Both the position numbers and the translations under genes were made by a program. The notes below the pieces were generated by a model. It was not told the origin of the DNA and made no database searches. It was given only the letters and a program-made list of their open reading frames with translations. A DNA stretch of 41,471 nucleotides. Origin: Oceanitalea stevensii. Its GTDB lineage: Bacteria; Actinomycetota; Actinomycetes; Actinomycetales; Actinomycetaceae. Positions within the stretch are counted from its first letter, which is position 1; every line of letters starts with the position of its first letter. The DNA lies in contig NZ_JACSPO010000016.1 in the NCBI RefSeq assembly GCF_014837105.1, positions 1 to 41,471 of the forward strand, written 5' to 3'. Of this stretch, positions 1 through 9,704 are shown piece after piece.

Positions 1-565
1 CGACCCCACCCCCTCTGCGGGTTCCGACTGCTCTGCCGTCCTGCTCCAAGGCTATGACCGACCACTGACATCCGAGCTCCGTCCGTCCTCAGGGCAGCTC
101 GGACGTCCGCAGCCCGGAGAGGGGCGCCGCAGAGGAGGTGGCGAGGCGAGCCACAGCGCCGTCATCGCACTGGTCATGACCAAGGCGCCCCACTTCCGGC
201 GACGACGGCGGTGAGCGGCACGACGCCGAGCATCTACCCGCTGGCCACCAGGACGGTGCCCAGCGCCCGCGACGGCGCGAGACGGGACACGAAGCTGGCC
301 CCCCACCATCGCGATGGAATGAGCACCGCCGGCGAGAGCCGACTGGCTGGAAGCGCCACAACTCGACCGGTCCACGAAGAAGAGGGGCAGCGGCAGCAGG
401 CTCGTTGCCCGAGACGGTCCTGGCCGTCCCATGAAAAACGACAGCTGTCGAGGCCGACGTCGGTAGGGTGGCGGTGCCCGCCGATCTGCGGGCACCAGTC
501 CCCGCCGGCAACGCTCGCCGGCGGCGGCTGCGCACGGCCGTACCGCTCACCTGCATAGGAGCTCC

Positions 566-2131
566 ATGGAACTCGCCGGCACCGCCCTGATCGTCGTCGT
601 GGCGGTCGTTGCCCTCATCGCCCTCGTCATCATCGGCTTCGTCTACGCCAAGGTGCGCTTCAAGATCGCCACCCCGGACGAGGCGCTCATCATCACCGGC
701 CGCAAGAGCGGCAAGCCCGTCATCAACCCGGAGACCGGGGACGAGACCACCGACCTGTCCGGCCAGCGCGTCGTCATCGGGGGCGGCACCTTCGTCAAGC
801 CGGTCTTCGAGCAGGTCGTGCGCCTGTCGCTGGCCTCCCAGAGCTTCTCGGTCGCCGCCGAGGACGCGACGACGAAGAGCGGTGTCGGCGTCACGCTGCG
901 CTCCATCGCCGTCGTCAAGGTCGGTGGCACCGAGCGGATGGTGCGCGCCGCCGCCCAGCGCTTCGCGGGCCGCAGCCAGGAGCAGGTCATCGAGCAGCAG
1001 ACGAGCGAGGTGCTCGTCGGTGTGCTCCGCACGATCGCCGGAACGCTGACCGTCGAGTCGATCCTCTACGAGCGCCAGGAGTTCTCGAAGGAGGTCAAGG
1101 ACATCGCCGTCCCGATGCTCGCCGAGCGTGGCCTCGTCCTGGAGAACTTCGAGATCCAGACCGTCGAGGACTCCGGGGACTACATCCGCAACCTCGGGCG
1201 TCCCCGCGCCGCCGCCGTCGCCCGTGACGCGGAGATCGCCGAGGCGCAGGCGCAGCAGGAGAGCACCGAGCGGTCCAACGAGGCCGCGGTCCAGATCGCC
1301 GAGTCGAACAAGGCCCTGGCCCTGCGCAACGCCCAGATCGCCCAGCAGACGGCGCAGGCGCAGGCCGAGGCGGAGGCGGCGAAGGAGCGCGCCGAGGCTG
1401 AGGCCCAGCAGGCCGTCCTCGTCGAGCAGGAGCAGGTCGCCGTGCGCCGCGCCGCGCTGCGCGAGCAGGAGCTGCAGACCGAGGTCCGCAAGCCCGCCGA
1501 GGCCCGCAAGTACGAGGCCGCGCAGGAGGCCGACGCCCGCAAGTACTCCGTCGAGCAGGAGGCGGAGGCGTCCAAGACCACCGCCATCCGTAAGGCCGAG
1601 GCGGAGGCCCAGCGGACCATCGCGCAGGCCGACGCCGAGGCGTCCGCCGCCCGCGCCCGCGCCGAGGCCGACCTCGTCCAGCAGCAGCGCCGCGCCGAGG
1701 GTGCGCTCGCCCTCGCTCGTGCCGAGGCGGACGGCGTCCAGGCCCGCGGTGAGGCCGAGGCGGCCGCCGAGCGCGCCAAGGGTGAGGCCCGCGGTGCCGC
1801 GATCAAGGCCGAGTCCGACGCCTACCAGGCGTTCCCCGAGTCGGCCCGTCTCCAGATGATCCTCGACGCGCTGCCCCGCATGGCCCAGCCCTACGCGGAC
1901 GCGCTCGGCAGCATCGACGACATCACCGTCATCGACAAGGCCGGCGCCTCGCGCCTCACCGAGCAGGTCTCCGTGGGTGTCCAGGAGCTCGGCACGCTGC
2001 TCAAGGCCCAGACCGGCATCGACCTGCTCGACCTCGTCCGCGGCCGCACGATGGACGCGCAGCAGCCCGCGCCGGTGGGCGTGGGGCGCCCCACCGCGGG
2101 CGACGACAGCGAGAGCAGCACCTCCGCCTGA
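566..2131 (+). CDS. Flotillin / SPFH (band-7) domain membrane protein with a long Ala/Glu/Gln-rich coiled-coil
   Basis: ATG at 566 is preceded by AGGAG. There is an N-terminal TM helix (LIVVVAVVALIALVIIGFVY). The SPFH-like core runs about residues 30-200 and is followed by roughly 200 aa of EA/AQ-rich repeats typical of bacterial flotillins (YqiK/FloT-like). Confidence 0.85.
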   Translation: MELAGTALIVVVAVVALIALVIIGFVYAKVRFKIATPDEALIITGRKSGKPVINPETGDETTDLSGQRVVIGGGTFVKPVFEQVVRLSLASQSFSVAAEDATTKSGVGVTLRSIAVVKVGGTERMVRAAAQRFAGRSQEQVIEQQTSEVLVGVLRTIAGTLTVESILYERQEFSKEVKDIAVPMLAERGLVLENFEIQTVEDSGDYIRNLGRPRAAAVARDAEIAEAQAQQESTERSNEAAVQIAESNKALALRNAQIAQQTAQAQAEAEAAKERAEAEAQQAVLVEQEQVAVRRAALREQELQTEVRKPAEARKYEAAQEADARKYSVEQEAEASKTTAIRKAEAEAQRTIAQADAEASAARARAEADLVQQQRRAEGALALARAEADGVQARGEAEAAAERAKGEARGAAIKAESDAYQAFPESARLQMILDALPRMAQPYADALGSIDDITVIDKAGASRLTEQVSVGVQELGTLLKAQTGIDLLDLVRGRTMDAQQPAPVGVGRPTAGDDSESSTSA

Positions 2132-2317
2132 CACCACCCGGCGGTCCCGGCACGGCCGGGACCGCCGGGTGAGCGAGGTCATCTGGGCCGCGCCACGCCG
2201 CGCCACTAAGGTGGACGGTCGGAGCAGGCCGGTCCCCCGCGCCTCGCTCATCAGGCCCGACGGCGCGCCTCCCAGTCCTGACCACCGGCGCCTGCGCCGT
2301 CGACCACGGGAGACCTC

Positions 2318-3856
2318 GTGACCTCACCCCTCGCTGCGCCCACCGGCCCCAGCCCCATGGAGCGTCGACGGGCCCACAGCGAGGACGTCACCTCCGTCGT
2401 CGGCGCGCTGCGCAGCCCGCGCCGCCTGCGCACCGAGGTCCTGGCCGGCCTCGTCGTCGCCCTCGCGCTCATCCCCGAGGCGATCTCGTTCTCGATCATC
2501 GCCGGCGTGGACCCCCGCGTGGGCCTCTTCGCCTCCTTCACCATGGCGGTCTCCATCGCCTTCCTCGGTGGTCGGCCCGCGATGATCTCGGCGGCGACCG
2601 GTGCCGTCGCGCTCGTCATCGCGCCGGTCATGCGCGAGCACGGGATGGACTACCTCATCGCGACCGTGATCCTCGCCGGGCTCATCCAGGTGCTGCTCGC
2701 CGTCGTCGGCGTGGCCCGGCTCATGCGGTTCATCCCGCGCAGCGTCATGGTCGGCTTCGTCAACGCGCTGGCGATCCTCGTCCTGCTCGCCCAGCTCCCC
2801 TACCTCACCGACGTCTCCTGGCACGTCTACGCCATGGTCGCGGCCGGGATCGCGATGATCGTCCTCGTCCCCCGGCTCACCAGGGCGGTGCCCGGCCCGC
2901 TCGTCGCCATCGTCGTCCTCACGACGGTGACGGTCGCCTTCGGGCTCGCGGTCCCGGACGTGGGCGACCAGGGCGAGCTGCCCGACTCCCTGCCCTCGTT
3001 CTTCCTGCCCGACGTCCCGCTCACGCTGGAGACGCTGCAGACCATCGGCCCGTTCGCCGTCGCCATGGCCCTCGTCGGGCTCATGGAGTCGCTCATGACG
3101 GCGAAGCTCGTCGACGACGTCACCGACACGCACTCCGACAAGACCCGCGAGGCGTGGGGCCAGGGCGCCGCCAACGTCATCACCGGCTTCCTCGGCGGGA
3201 TGGGCGGCTGCGCGATGATCGGCCAGACGATGATCAACACGAAGGTCTCCGGCGCCCGCACCCGCATCTCGACCTTCGTCGCCGGAGTCTTCCTCCTCGT
3301 CCTCGTCGTCGCGCTCGGTGACGTCGTCGGCACGATCCCGATGGCGGCGCTCGTCGCGGTGATGGTCATGGTGTGCGTCGCCACCTTCGACTGGCACTCC
3401 GTGCGTCCCTCGACGCTGCGCCGCATGCCGAAGAGCGAGACGACCGTCATGCTGTCGACCGTCGTCGTCACCGTGCTCACCGAGAACCTCGCCTACGGCG
3501 TCGTCGCGGGCGTCGTCGTCGCGGCCGTCATGTTCGTCAACCGGGTCGCCCACGTCACCGAGGTCGTCGAGGTGGCCCACCCCGACGAGGACACCCGCGT
3601 CTACGCGGTCGTCGGTGAGCTGCTGTGGGCGTCGTCCAACGACCTCGTCTACCAGTTCGACTACACCGGGGACCCGAAGAACGTCGTCATCGACCTCTCG
3701 CGGTCCCACATCTGGGACGCGTCGACCGTCGCGACGCTCGACGCGATCACGACGAAGTACGCCGCAAAGGGCAAGAACGTCACCATCACCGGGCTGAACG
3801 AGGCGAGCGCCCAGCGTCACGCCCGCCTCGCCGGCCACCTCGGCGGGGAGTCCTAG
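2318..3856 (+). CDS. SulP-family inorganic anion (sulfate/bicarbonate) transporter with C-terminal STAS domain
   Basis: Multi-TM core carrying SulP signature segments (LIPEAISFSIIAGV, LAAVVGVARLMRFIPRSVMVGFVNALAI). The C-terminal STAS-like region reads VYAVVGELLWASSNDL...VIDLSRSHIWDASTVATLD. The start could be an internal Met about 13 codons downstream. Confidence 0.9.
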   Translation: MTSPLAAPTGPSPMERRRAHSEDVTSVVGALRSPRRLRTEVLAGLVVALALIPEAISFSIIAGVDPRVGLFASFTMAVSIAFLGGRPAMISAATGAVALVIAPVMREHGMDYLIATVILAGLIQVLLAVVGVARLMRFIPRSVMVGFVNALAILVLLAQLPYLTDVSWHVYAMVAAGIAMIVLVPRLTRAVPGPLVAIVVLTTVTVAFGLAVPDVGDQGELPDSLPSFFLPDVPLTLETLQTIGPFAVAMALVGLMESLMTAKLVDDVTDTHSDKTREAWGQGAANVITGFLGGMGGCAMIGQTMINTKVSGARTRISTFVAGVFLLVLVVALGDVVGTIPMAALVAVMVMVCVATFDWHSVRPSTLRRMPKSETTVMLSTVVVTVLTENLAYGVVAGVVVAAVMFVNRVAHVTEVVEVAHPDEDTRVYAVVGELLWASSNDLVYQFDYTGDPKNVVIDLSRSHIWDASTVATLDAITTKYAAKGKNVTITGLNEASAQRHARLAGHLGGES

Positions 3857-5331
3857 GAGCGGACCTCGCCCGCCGTCCCCCTCCGCGCGTCGACGACGGC
3901 GACCACGAGGGTGACGAGCAGCAGTGCCGCCGTGGTCGCGAACCCCGCGGTGACGGCGAGCGGCCAGCCGTTGCCGTCGAGCACCGCGAAGGCGACGGCG
4001 GTGATGACGCCCAGCCCCATCGCGGTGCCGATGCGCTGGCCGGTCTGGAGCACGCCACCGGCGCTGCCCGCGTACTCGAGGGGCACCTCCCCCAGCGTGA
4101 TCGTCTGGTTCGGGGTGATGACCAGGCCCTGAGCGCCGCCGACGAAGGCGAGCGTGAGGAGCATCCACCACACGCTCACCCGGCCCGCGTCGACGAGCTG
4201 GACGACGGCGATGCTCAGCCCCAGGCCGACGATCGCGCTGCAGATCCCGGCGACGACGATGCGCCGGCCGTGGCGGCTCACCCGCCGGCCGGACCAGTTC
4301 GCGGTGAACGCGGACAGGACCGCGGCGGGCATGCCGATGAGCCCCGCCTCCAGGGCGCTGCGGCCCAGGCCGTTCTGCACGTAGAGCGCGACGAGCACCC
4401 ACACGGACGTCACGCCCATGAAGTACAGGCCGGCGATGAGCGTGCCGGTGGTGAAGCTGCGGACCCGGAAGAGCGCGAGGTCGACCATGGGCGCGTGCCC
4501 GCGGTCGCGGTAGCGGCGCTCCCACCACAGCCACACGCCGAGGAGCACGACGGCGACGGGCAGGACGAGCCAGCCGCCCGGCCCGAGGGACCGCTCGACG
4601 AAGGGCAGGAGCAGGGCGAGGACCGCGAGGCCGAGCAGGACGGCGCCCACCGGGTCGAGCTCGCGCACCACCGACCGCCCGCCGCGCTCGCGCGGGTTCC
4701 GCAGCGGGCGGGGCAGCCAGCGCAGCGCGAGGACGATCGCGGCGATGCCGACGGGCACGTTGACGAGGAAGGTCCACCGCCAGCCCTGGGCGTCCCCGGC
4801 GAGCTGGACGATGAGCCCGCCGATGACGGGGCCGATGGCGACGGACACTCCGATGACGCTGCCGAGCGCGCCGTAGGCGCGGCCCCGTTCGGGCCCGCGG
4901 AAGTACTGCTGGATCATCCCCACGGCCTGCGGGTTGAGCAGGCCCGACCCCAGGCCCTGAAGGACGCGCGCGATGTTGAGGCTCAGCGGGTCGGGAGCGA
5001 GACCGCCGGCGATCGAGGAGAGGGTGAAGAGGGCGACGCCGGCGATGAACAGCGGGCCCCGGCCGAGGATGTCCCCGGCGCGGCCGGCGGCGACGAGGAC
5101 GACGCCGAAGGTGAGGGCGTAGCCGGTGAGCACCCACTGCAGCTCGGAGTCCGAGGCGTCCAGCCCGCGCTGGATCGAGGGCAGGACGACGTTGATGATG
5201 CTCACGCCCACGAGCGACATGAAGATCGCGACGAGGAGCACCGCGAGGATGCGCCAGCGCCGCGGGTCGGGGGTGGTGCCGTCGTCCGCCGGGCTCAGGG
5301 TGGGCCGCCTCTCCTCGGTGTTCTGCCCCAC
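3853..5331 (-). CDS. MFS transporter, DHA2 (14-TMS drug:H+ antiporter, EmrB/QacA-like)
   Basis: 492 aa with 14 predicted TM segments. MFS motif A-like GRAGDILGRGP is present. The N-terminal layout (WRILAVLLVAIFMSLVGVSIINVVLPSI) is typical of DHA2. Confidence 0.85.
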   Translation of the reverse strand: MGQNTEERRPTLSPADDGTTPDPRRWRILAVLLVAIFMSLVGVSIINVVLPSIQRGLDASDSELQWVLTGYALTFGVVLVAAGRAGDILGRGPLFIAGVALFTLSSIAGGLAPDPLSLNIARVLQGLGSGLLNPQAVGMIQQYFRGPERGRAYGALGSVIGVSVAIGPVIGGLIVQLAGDAQGWRWTFLVNVPVGIAAIVLALRWLPRPLRNPRERGGRSVVRELDPVGAVLLGLAVLALLLPFVERSLGPGGWLVLPVAVVLLGVWLWWERRYRDRGHAPMVDLALFRVRSFTTGTLIAGLYFMGVTSVWVLVALYVQNGLGRSALEAGLIGMPAAVLSAFTANWSGRRVSRHGRRIVVAGICSAIVGLGLSIAVVQLVDAGRVSVWWMLLTLAFVGGAQGLVITPNQTITLGEVPLEYAGSAGGVLQTGQRIGTAMGLGVITAVAFAVLDGNGWPLAVTAGFATTAALLLVTLVVAVVDARRGTAGEVRS

Positions 5332-5373
5332 GAATGCTACGCACCGCCACCGTCAGGTGGATCATGGAGCATC

Positions 5374-6735
5374 GTGACCACACCTCTCTCCCGCTTCGGT
5401 GACCGTGCCCGCCGGTCGGCGTGGGCCGTGTGGCTGGCCGGCGGCGGGGTCTACTTCCTCGCCCTTCTCCACCGCGCCTCGCTCGGCGTGGCGGGCCCGG
5501 ACGCGGTGGACCGTCTCGGGATCACGTCCACCCAGCTCGGCTCCTTCGTCATGGTCCAGCTGGGCCTGTACGCCGTCATGCAGGTGCCCGCCGGCGTCGC
5601 CATCGACCGCTTCGGGCCGCGACGCGTCCTGTTCGTCGCCACGCTCGTCCTCGGGACGGCACAGCTGGGCTTCGCGCTCGCCACGAGCTACCCCGTCGCC
5701 CTCGGGGCCCGCGCCCTGCTCGGCATCGGGGACGCGGCCGTCTTCATCGCCGTCCTGCGGCTGGCCGCGATGTGGTTCCCGCACCACCGGTACGCCTTCC
5801 TCACGATGCTCACCGGGCTCATCGGGATGGCCGGGAACCTCGCCGCCACCGTCCCGCTCGCCGCCGCCCTGGGCTGGCTGGGCTGGACACGCACCTTCGC
5901 CTTCACCGCGGGCGCCTCGCTCCTCTACGCGCTCCTGCTGCTGCGCCCCGCGGTCGCTGCGCCCTACCGTGCGGTGCCGTCGCCTGACGTGCCCGCCGTC
6001 CCGCGCAGCGCCGTCGCCGACGTCCGCGCCGCCTGGACCCGCCGCGAGACCCGCCTGGGCTTCTGGACCCACCAGGCCACGATGACCCCCGGCGTCGTCA
6101 TCTCCCTCGTCTGGGGCTTCCCCTACCTCACCGGCGGGCTCGGCTGGTCCGACGCCGCGGCCGCCTCCCAGCTGTCGGTCTTCGTCCTCGGCACGCTCGC
6201 GATGAGCTTCGTCGTCGGGCCGCTCGCGGGGCGCAGGCCCACGTGGCGCTCCCCGATGGCGATCGCCGTCGCGCTCCTCGGCATCCTCGCCCTCGCCCTC
6301 CTCGTCCTGTGGCCGGGCGGGCAGCCGCCGCACGCCGTCGTGACGATCGCCTTCCTCATGCTCGCGATCGGTGGCCCCGGCTCGCAGATCGGCTTCCACA
6401 TCGCCCGCGACTACAACGCGCCCGTGCGGATCTCGACGGCGACCGGCCTGGTCAACGCGGGTGGCTTCGTCGGGGCGATGGTCGCCGCCATCGTCGTCGG
6501 GCGGGTCCTGGACCTGCGCGGTGGCACCGACCCCAGCCTGCTCGACTACCGGTGGGCCGTGGCCTCCATCGCCCTCATCGCCGTCTTCTCCACCCTCGCG
6601 CAGGTCCTCACGCTCCTCGGGGTGCGCGCGGACATCCTCGAGCGGATGGCCCGCGGCGAGCACGTCGTCGTCCCGCAGACCGAGCACTGGTGGGACCGCG
6701 CCTACCGGCGGCTGGCCCGCCGCCCGCGCCCGTAG
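5374..6735 (+). CDS. MFS transporter (12-TMS)
   Basis: This is the C-terminal 454 aa of the long 3625..6735 frame; the upstream part of that frame is a high-GC artefact. I infer a GTG start at about 5374 (VTTPLSRF...). MFS motifs DRFGPRRVL and GIGDAAVF are present. Start is uncertain by a few codons. Confidence 0.8.
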   Translation: MTTPLSRFGDRARRSAWAVWLAGGGVYFLALLHRASLGVAGPDAVDRLGITSTQLGSFVMVQLGLYAVMQVPAGVAIDRFGPRRVLFVATLVLGTAQLGFALATSYPVALGARALLGIGDAAVFIAVLRLAAMWFPHHRYAFLTMLTGLIGMAGNLAATVPLAAALGWLGWTRTFAFTAGASLLYALLLLRPAVAAPYRAVPSPDVPAVPRSAVADVRAAWTRRETRLGFWTHQATMTPGVVISLVWGFPYLTGGLGWSDAAAASQLSVFVLGTLAMSFVVGPLAGRRPTWRSPMAIAVALLGILALALLVLWPGGQPPHAVVTIAFLMLAIGGPGSQIGFHIARDYNAPVRISTATGLVNAGGFVGAMVAAIVVGRVLDLRGGTDPSLLDYRWAVASIALIAVFSTLAQVLTLLGVRADILERMARGEHVVVPQTEHWWDRAYRRLARRPRP

Positions 6736-7946
6736 CGGTAGCCGGCCCCGGCGAGGAGCACGACGACGCCGCCCGCCACCGCCGTCGGCGGCAGTGACGC
6801 GGCGAGGACGAGGCACCCGACGACGCCCAGGACCTGCAGCAGCCGCGGGGACCGGCGCCGGTGGCGGGGCTGGGTGAAGGCCGCCGCGTTGGCCACGGCG
6901 TAGTAGAGCAGGACGCCGAAGGAGGAGAAGCCGATCGCCTCGCGCAGGTCGACGACCAGCACCAGGACGGCGCCGACGACGGCGAGCACCACCTCCGCGC
7001 GGTGGGGCACCCGGAAGCGCGGGTGCACGGCGGCGAGCCACCCCGGCAGGTCGCCGTTCCGGGCCATGGCCAGGCTCGTCCGGCCGATGCCGGCGAGGAG
7101 CGCGAGCAGCGCGCCGAGCGCCGCGAGCGCCGCCGCGACCCGCACGAGCGGCGCGAGCCACGTCCCGGCGACGGCCTCGGCCACCGGAGCGGCCGAGGCC
7201 GCCAGCCGCTCGGGGCCGAGGGCGAGGAGGACCGTGCCGCCCACGAGCGCGTAGAGCACGAGCGTCAGGCCCAGCGCCGTGAGGATCGCACGGGGGATCA
7301 CCCGCTCGGGGTCGCGCACCTCCTCGCCCAGCGTCGCGACGCGTGCGTAGCCGGCGAAGGCGAAGAAGAGGAGACCCGCCGACTGCAGGACACCGAACCA
7401 GGACAGCTCGGTCGGCACGAGCACCGCCAGGTCGCGGTCTGCCGTGCCCACCCCGACGGTGACCGCGAGCAGCAGGACGAGGACGACGACCGTGACGATC
7501 ACGCGGGCGACCGCTGCGGTGCGGGTGACGCCGACGTAGTTGACCGCGGCGAGGGCGAGGACCGCGAGCGCCGCGGACGGTCGCTGCCACCCCGGCGGGG
7601 CCGCGTAGGCGGCGAAGGTCAGCGCCATGGCGGCGCAGCTCGCGGTCTTGCCGACGACGAAGGACCAGCCGGCGAGGAAGCCGGGCCACGCACCGAGCCG
7701 TTCGCGGCCGTACACGTACGTCCCGCCGGACGTGGGGTACTGCGCGGCGAGCTGGGCCGAGGCCGTCGCGTTGCACCAGGCGACGAGGCCCGCGACCGCG
7801 AGCCCGACGAGGAGGCCGGCGCCGGCCACGGCGGCCGCGGGCGCGAAGGCCGCGAAGACCCCGGCACCGACCATCGAGGACAGCCCGATGACGACGGCGT
7901 CCCCCGTGCCCAGCCGTCGGGCCAGGTCGTCCTCACCGGCGCTCAT
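6702..7946 (-). CDS. APC-superfamily amino acid permease
   Basis: 414 aa, about 12 TM segments. N-terminal GLSSMVGAGVFAAFAPAAA and the YPTSGGTYVYGRERLG segment match APC family signatures. Its 3' end overlaps the MFS gene above by about 34 bp in convergent orientation. Confidence 0.85.
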   Translation of the reverse strand: MSAGEDDLARRLGTGDAVVIGLSSMVGAGVFAAFAPAAAVAGAGLLVGLAVAGLVAWCNATASAQLAAQYPTSGGTYVYGRERLGAWPGFLAGWSFVVGKTASCAAMALTFAAYAAPPGWQRPSAALAVLALAAVNYVGVTRTAAVARVIVTVVVLVLLLAVTVGVGTADRDLAVLVPTELSWFGVLQSAGLLFFAFAGYARVATLGEEVRDPERVIPRAILTALGLTLVLYALVGGTVLLALGPERLAASAAPVAEAVAGTWLAPLVRVAAALAALGALLALLAGIGRTSLAMARNGDLPGWLAAVHPRFRVPHRAEVVLAVVGAVLVLVVDLREAIGFSSFGVLLYYAVANAAAFTQPRHRRRSPRLLQVLGVVGCLVLAASLPPTAVAGGVVVLLAGAGYRYGRGRRASRR

Positions 7947-8051
7947 GACGACTCACCTCCTCCTCCGGCCGGGCGCGGCGTGCGGCCCGGCGGCACACGG
8001 TAGGTCCGCCGGGTGTCCGGACGGTGAACGGGCACCGGCACGACGGCGGGG

Positions 8052-9704
8052 TCAGGCGGCCCCGACGTCGCGGCGGCGCAGCCCGACCAGTCCGGCGAGC
8101 AGGAGCAGGGCGGCGAGTGCGGCCATGACGACCAGCGGGGCGGGCGCGAGGTCGGCGTCGGGGACCGCCGGGGTGTGGGCGAGGGGTGAGACGTCGCGCG
8201 CCCAGTCGGGCAGCCCGAGGAGGTCCCCGAGGACGGCGACGATCACCACCCACACCACCAGTGCCCACGCGAGGGAGGCCGCCCGTGGGGCGAGGCCGTA
8301 CAGCGCCACGGCCAGCGCGCCGACGAGCAGGATCGCGGGCAGGTGGGCGAGCGCGGCGAGCGTGAGCTCACCGACCCAGCCGGCCTCACCGGTGGCCAGC
8401 GCGACACCGGCTCCCACGCCGAGCCCGATGAGCACCTGGACGAGGACGGTCTCGACGAGCACGACGGCGACCCACCGGACGAGGAGGGCGGTGCGCGAGC
8501 TCCCGGAGACGAGCAGGCCCTCCACCCGGCCCGCCCGCTCCTCCGCCCGCAGCTGCAGGACGCCGGAGACGACGAGCGCGGCCGGCCCGACGGCGAGGAA
8601 CCCGAGCATGACCGCGGCGAAGGAGCGGGTGAGGTCGCTGAGGTCGAGGTCGATCCACTCCCCCACCGCGGGGATGTCGGCGACCATGCCCTCGAGGGAG
8701 TTCGCGAGCGTCCCGAAGGCGAGGGCGAAGAGGAACAGGGCGACGGCCCAGCCGATGAAGGTGCCGGACACGAGGCGCCGGGCGAGACCGGTGGGTGCGA
8801 GCAGCGACCGGGACGCGGCCGGCGGCCCGGGGCGGGCGGGCCGCAGCCCGGCGCCGAGGTCGCGCTGCCGGGCGAGGGAGACCGCGAGGACGAGCAGCAG
8901 GACGGTGACGAGGGCCGACACCGCCAGTGGCCACCAGCGCAGGTCGACGTAGAGGCGGGTCTGCTGCGCCCACGCGAAGGGGGAGAGCCACGACAGCCAG
9001 GAGCCCTGGGGCTCGATGACGTCACCGATCCCGCGGACGAGGAACGCGACGGCCACCGCCCCCAGCGCCATGCCCGAGGCGGCCCGGGCGTGCTCGGTGA
9101 GCTGCGCCGTGACCGCGGCGACCGCGCCGAAGACGAGGCCGGTGAGTGCCGTAGCGACGCCGAGCGCCACGGAGTCCGCCACGGCCATCCCGGTTCCCAC
9201 GAGCGCGCCCGTGACGGCGGCACCCACGGCGAGGTCGGCGACGGTGACGGTGAGCACGGCGGCCAGCGCCGGGGCGAAGCGGCCCACGGGCAGTGAGCGC
9301 AGCATCTCCAGGCGGCCGGACTCCTCCTCGCCGCGGGTGTGGCGCACGACGAGGAGCACGCTCATGATCGCGGCCGGCAGGAACACCCACAGCGAGAGCT
9401 CGTTGGCGAGCATGGCGCCGAAGGTGTAGTCGTCCAGCGCGAACGCGGGCCCGGTCATCATGACGGCGGCCGGGCTGTCCATGAGGGCGGCGCGGGCCTG
9501 CAGCGCCTGCGCGTCGGGGTAGGTGTCCTCGAGCGTGGCCACCGAGCCGGCGACGAGGGCGGCGAAGGCGAGCGCCCAGATGAGGATCTGCCGGCGCGAG
9601 ACCCGCAGGAAGAGGCGCAGCAGCCCACCCGTGGCGGTGAGGAGCTCACCGCCGTCGGCCCTCGCGGGCACGGTGGCCGCCGGGGCGGTGCTCGTCGTCG
9701 TCAT
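8052..9704 (-). CDS. ABC-2 type exporter permease (550 aa, duplicated 6-TM halves)
   Basis: Large polytopic membrane protein lying immediately downstream of an ABC ATPase, with an ATGA start/stop overlap at 9701-9704. The topology resembles ABC-2 family permeases. Confidence 0.75.
   Translation of the reverse strand: MTTTSTAPAATVPARADGGELLTATGGLLRLFLRVSRRQILIWALAFAALVAGSVATLEDTYPDAQALQARAALMDSPAAVMMTGPAFALDDYTFGAMLANELSLWVFLPAAIMSVLLVVRHTRGEEESGRLEMLRSLPVGRFAPALAAVLTVTVADLAVGAAVTGALVGTGMAVADSVALGVATALTGLVFGAVAAVTAQLTEHARAASGMALGAVAVAFLVRGIGDVIEPQGSWLSWLSPFAWAQQTRLYVDLRWWPLAVSALVTVLLLVLAVSLARQRDLGAGLRPARPGPPAASRSLLAPTGLARRLVSGTFIGWAVALFLFALAFGTLANSLEGMVADIPAVGEWIDLDLSDLTRSFAAVMLGFLAVGPAALVVSGVLQLRAEERAGRVEGLLVSGSSRTALLVRWVAVVLVETVLVQVLIGLGVGAGVALATGEAGWVGELTLAALAHLPAILLVGALAVALYGLAPRAASLAWALVVWVVIVAVLGDLLGLPDWARDVSPLAHTPAVPDADLAPAPLVVMAALAALLLLAGLVGLRRRDVGAA

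Noticed and set aside
211-558. 115-aa plus-strand ORF upstream of flotillin, as a candidate NfeD partner
   Set aside because: It has no TM helices or OB-fold character, its codon usage is unconvincing, and there is no RBS. It is not credible as NfeD or any CDS.
1128-1859. 243-aa PRS-rich ORF inside the flotillin gene (alternate frame)
   Set aside because: It is a frame-shifted reading of the flotillin coiled-coil region, and a pure low-complexity P/R/S repeat.
89-2251. 720-aa minus-strand ORF antisense to the flotillin gene
   Set aside because: It is Gly/Leu/Arg/Asp-rich and low-complexity, and it is the mirror frame of a well-supported plus-strand CDS. This is a high-GC open-frame artefact.
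3625-5373. N-terminal ~580 codons of the 1036-aa plus-strand ORF
   Set aside because: This part is antisense to the DHA2 MFS gene and reads as charged low-complexity sequence. Only the C-terminal 454 aa (about 5374-6735) form a real MFS protein.
2324-5383. 1019-aa minus-strand ORF spanning the SulP and MFS genes
   Set aside because: It runs antisense to SulP, and its only real coding portion is the 3853-5331 MFS gene in a different segment. The Arg/His/Asp-rich low-complexity translation is not protein-like.
5362-7776. 804-aa minus-strand ORF, plus the 6861..8003 plus-strand ORF
   Set aside because: Both are antisense to the MFS and APC genes. They are extremely Arg/Gly/Asp-rich and carry no domain signatures.
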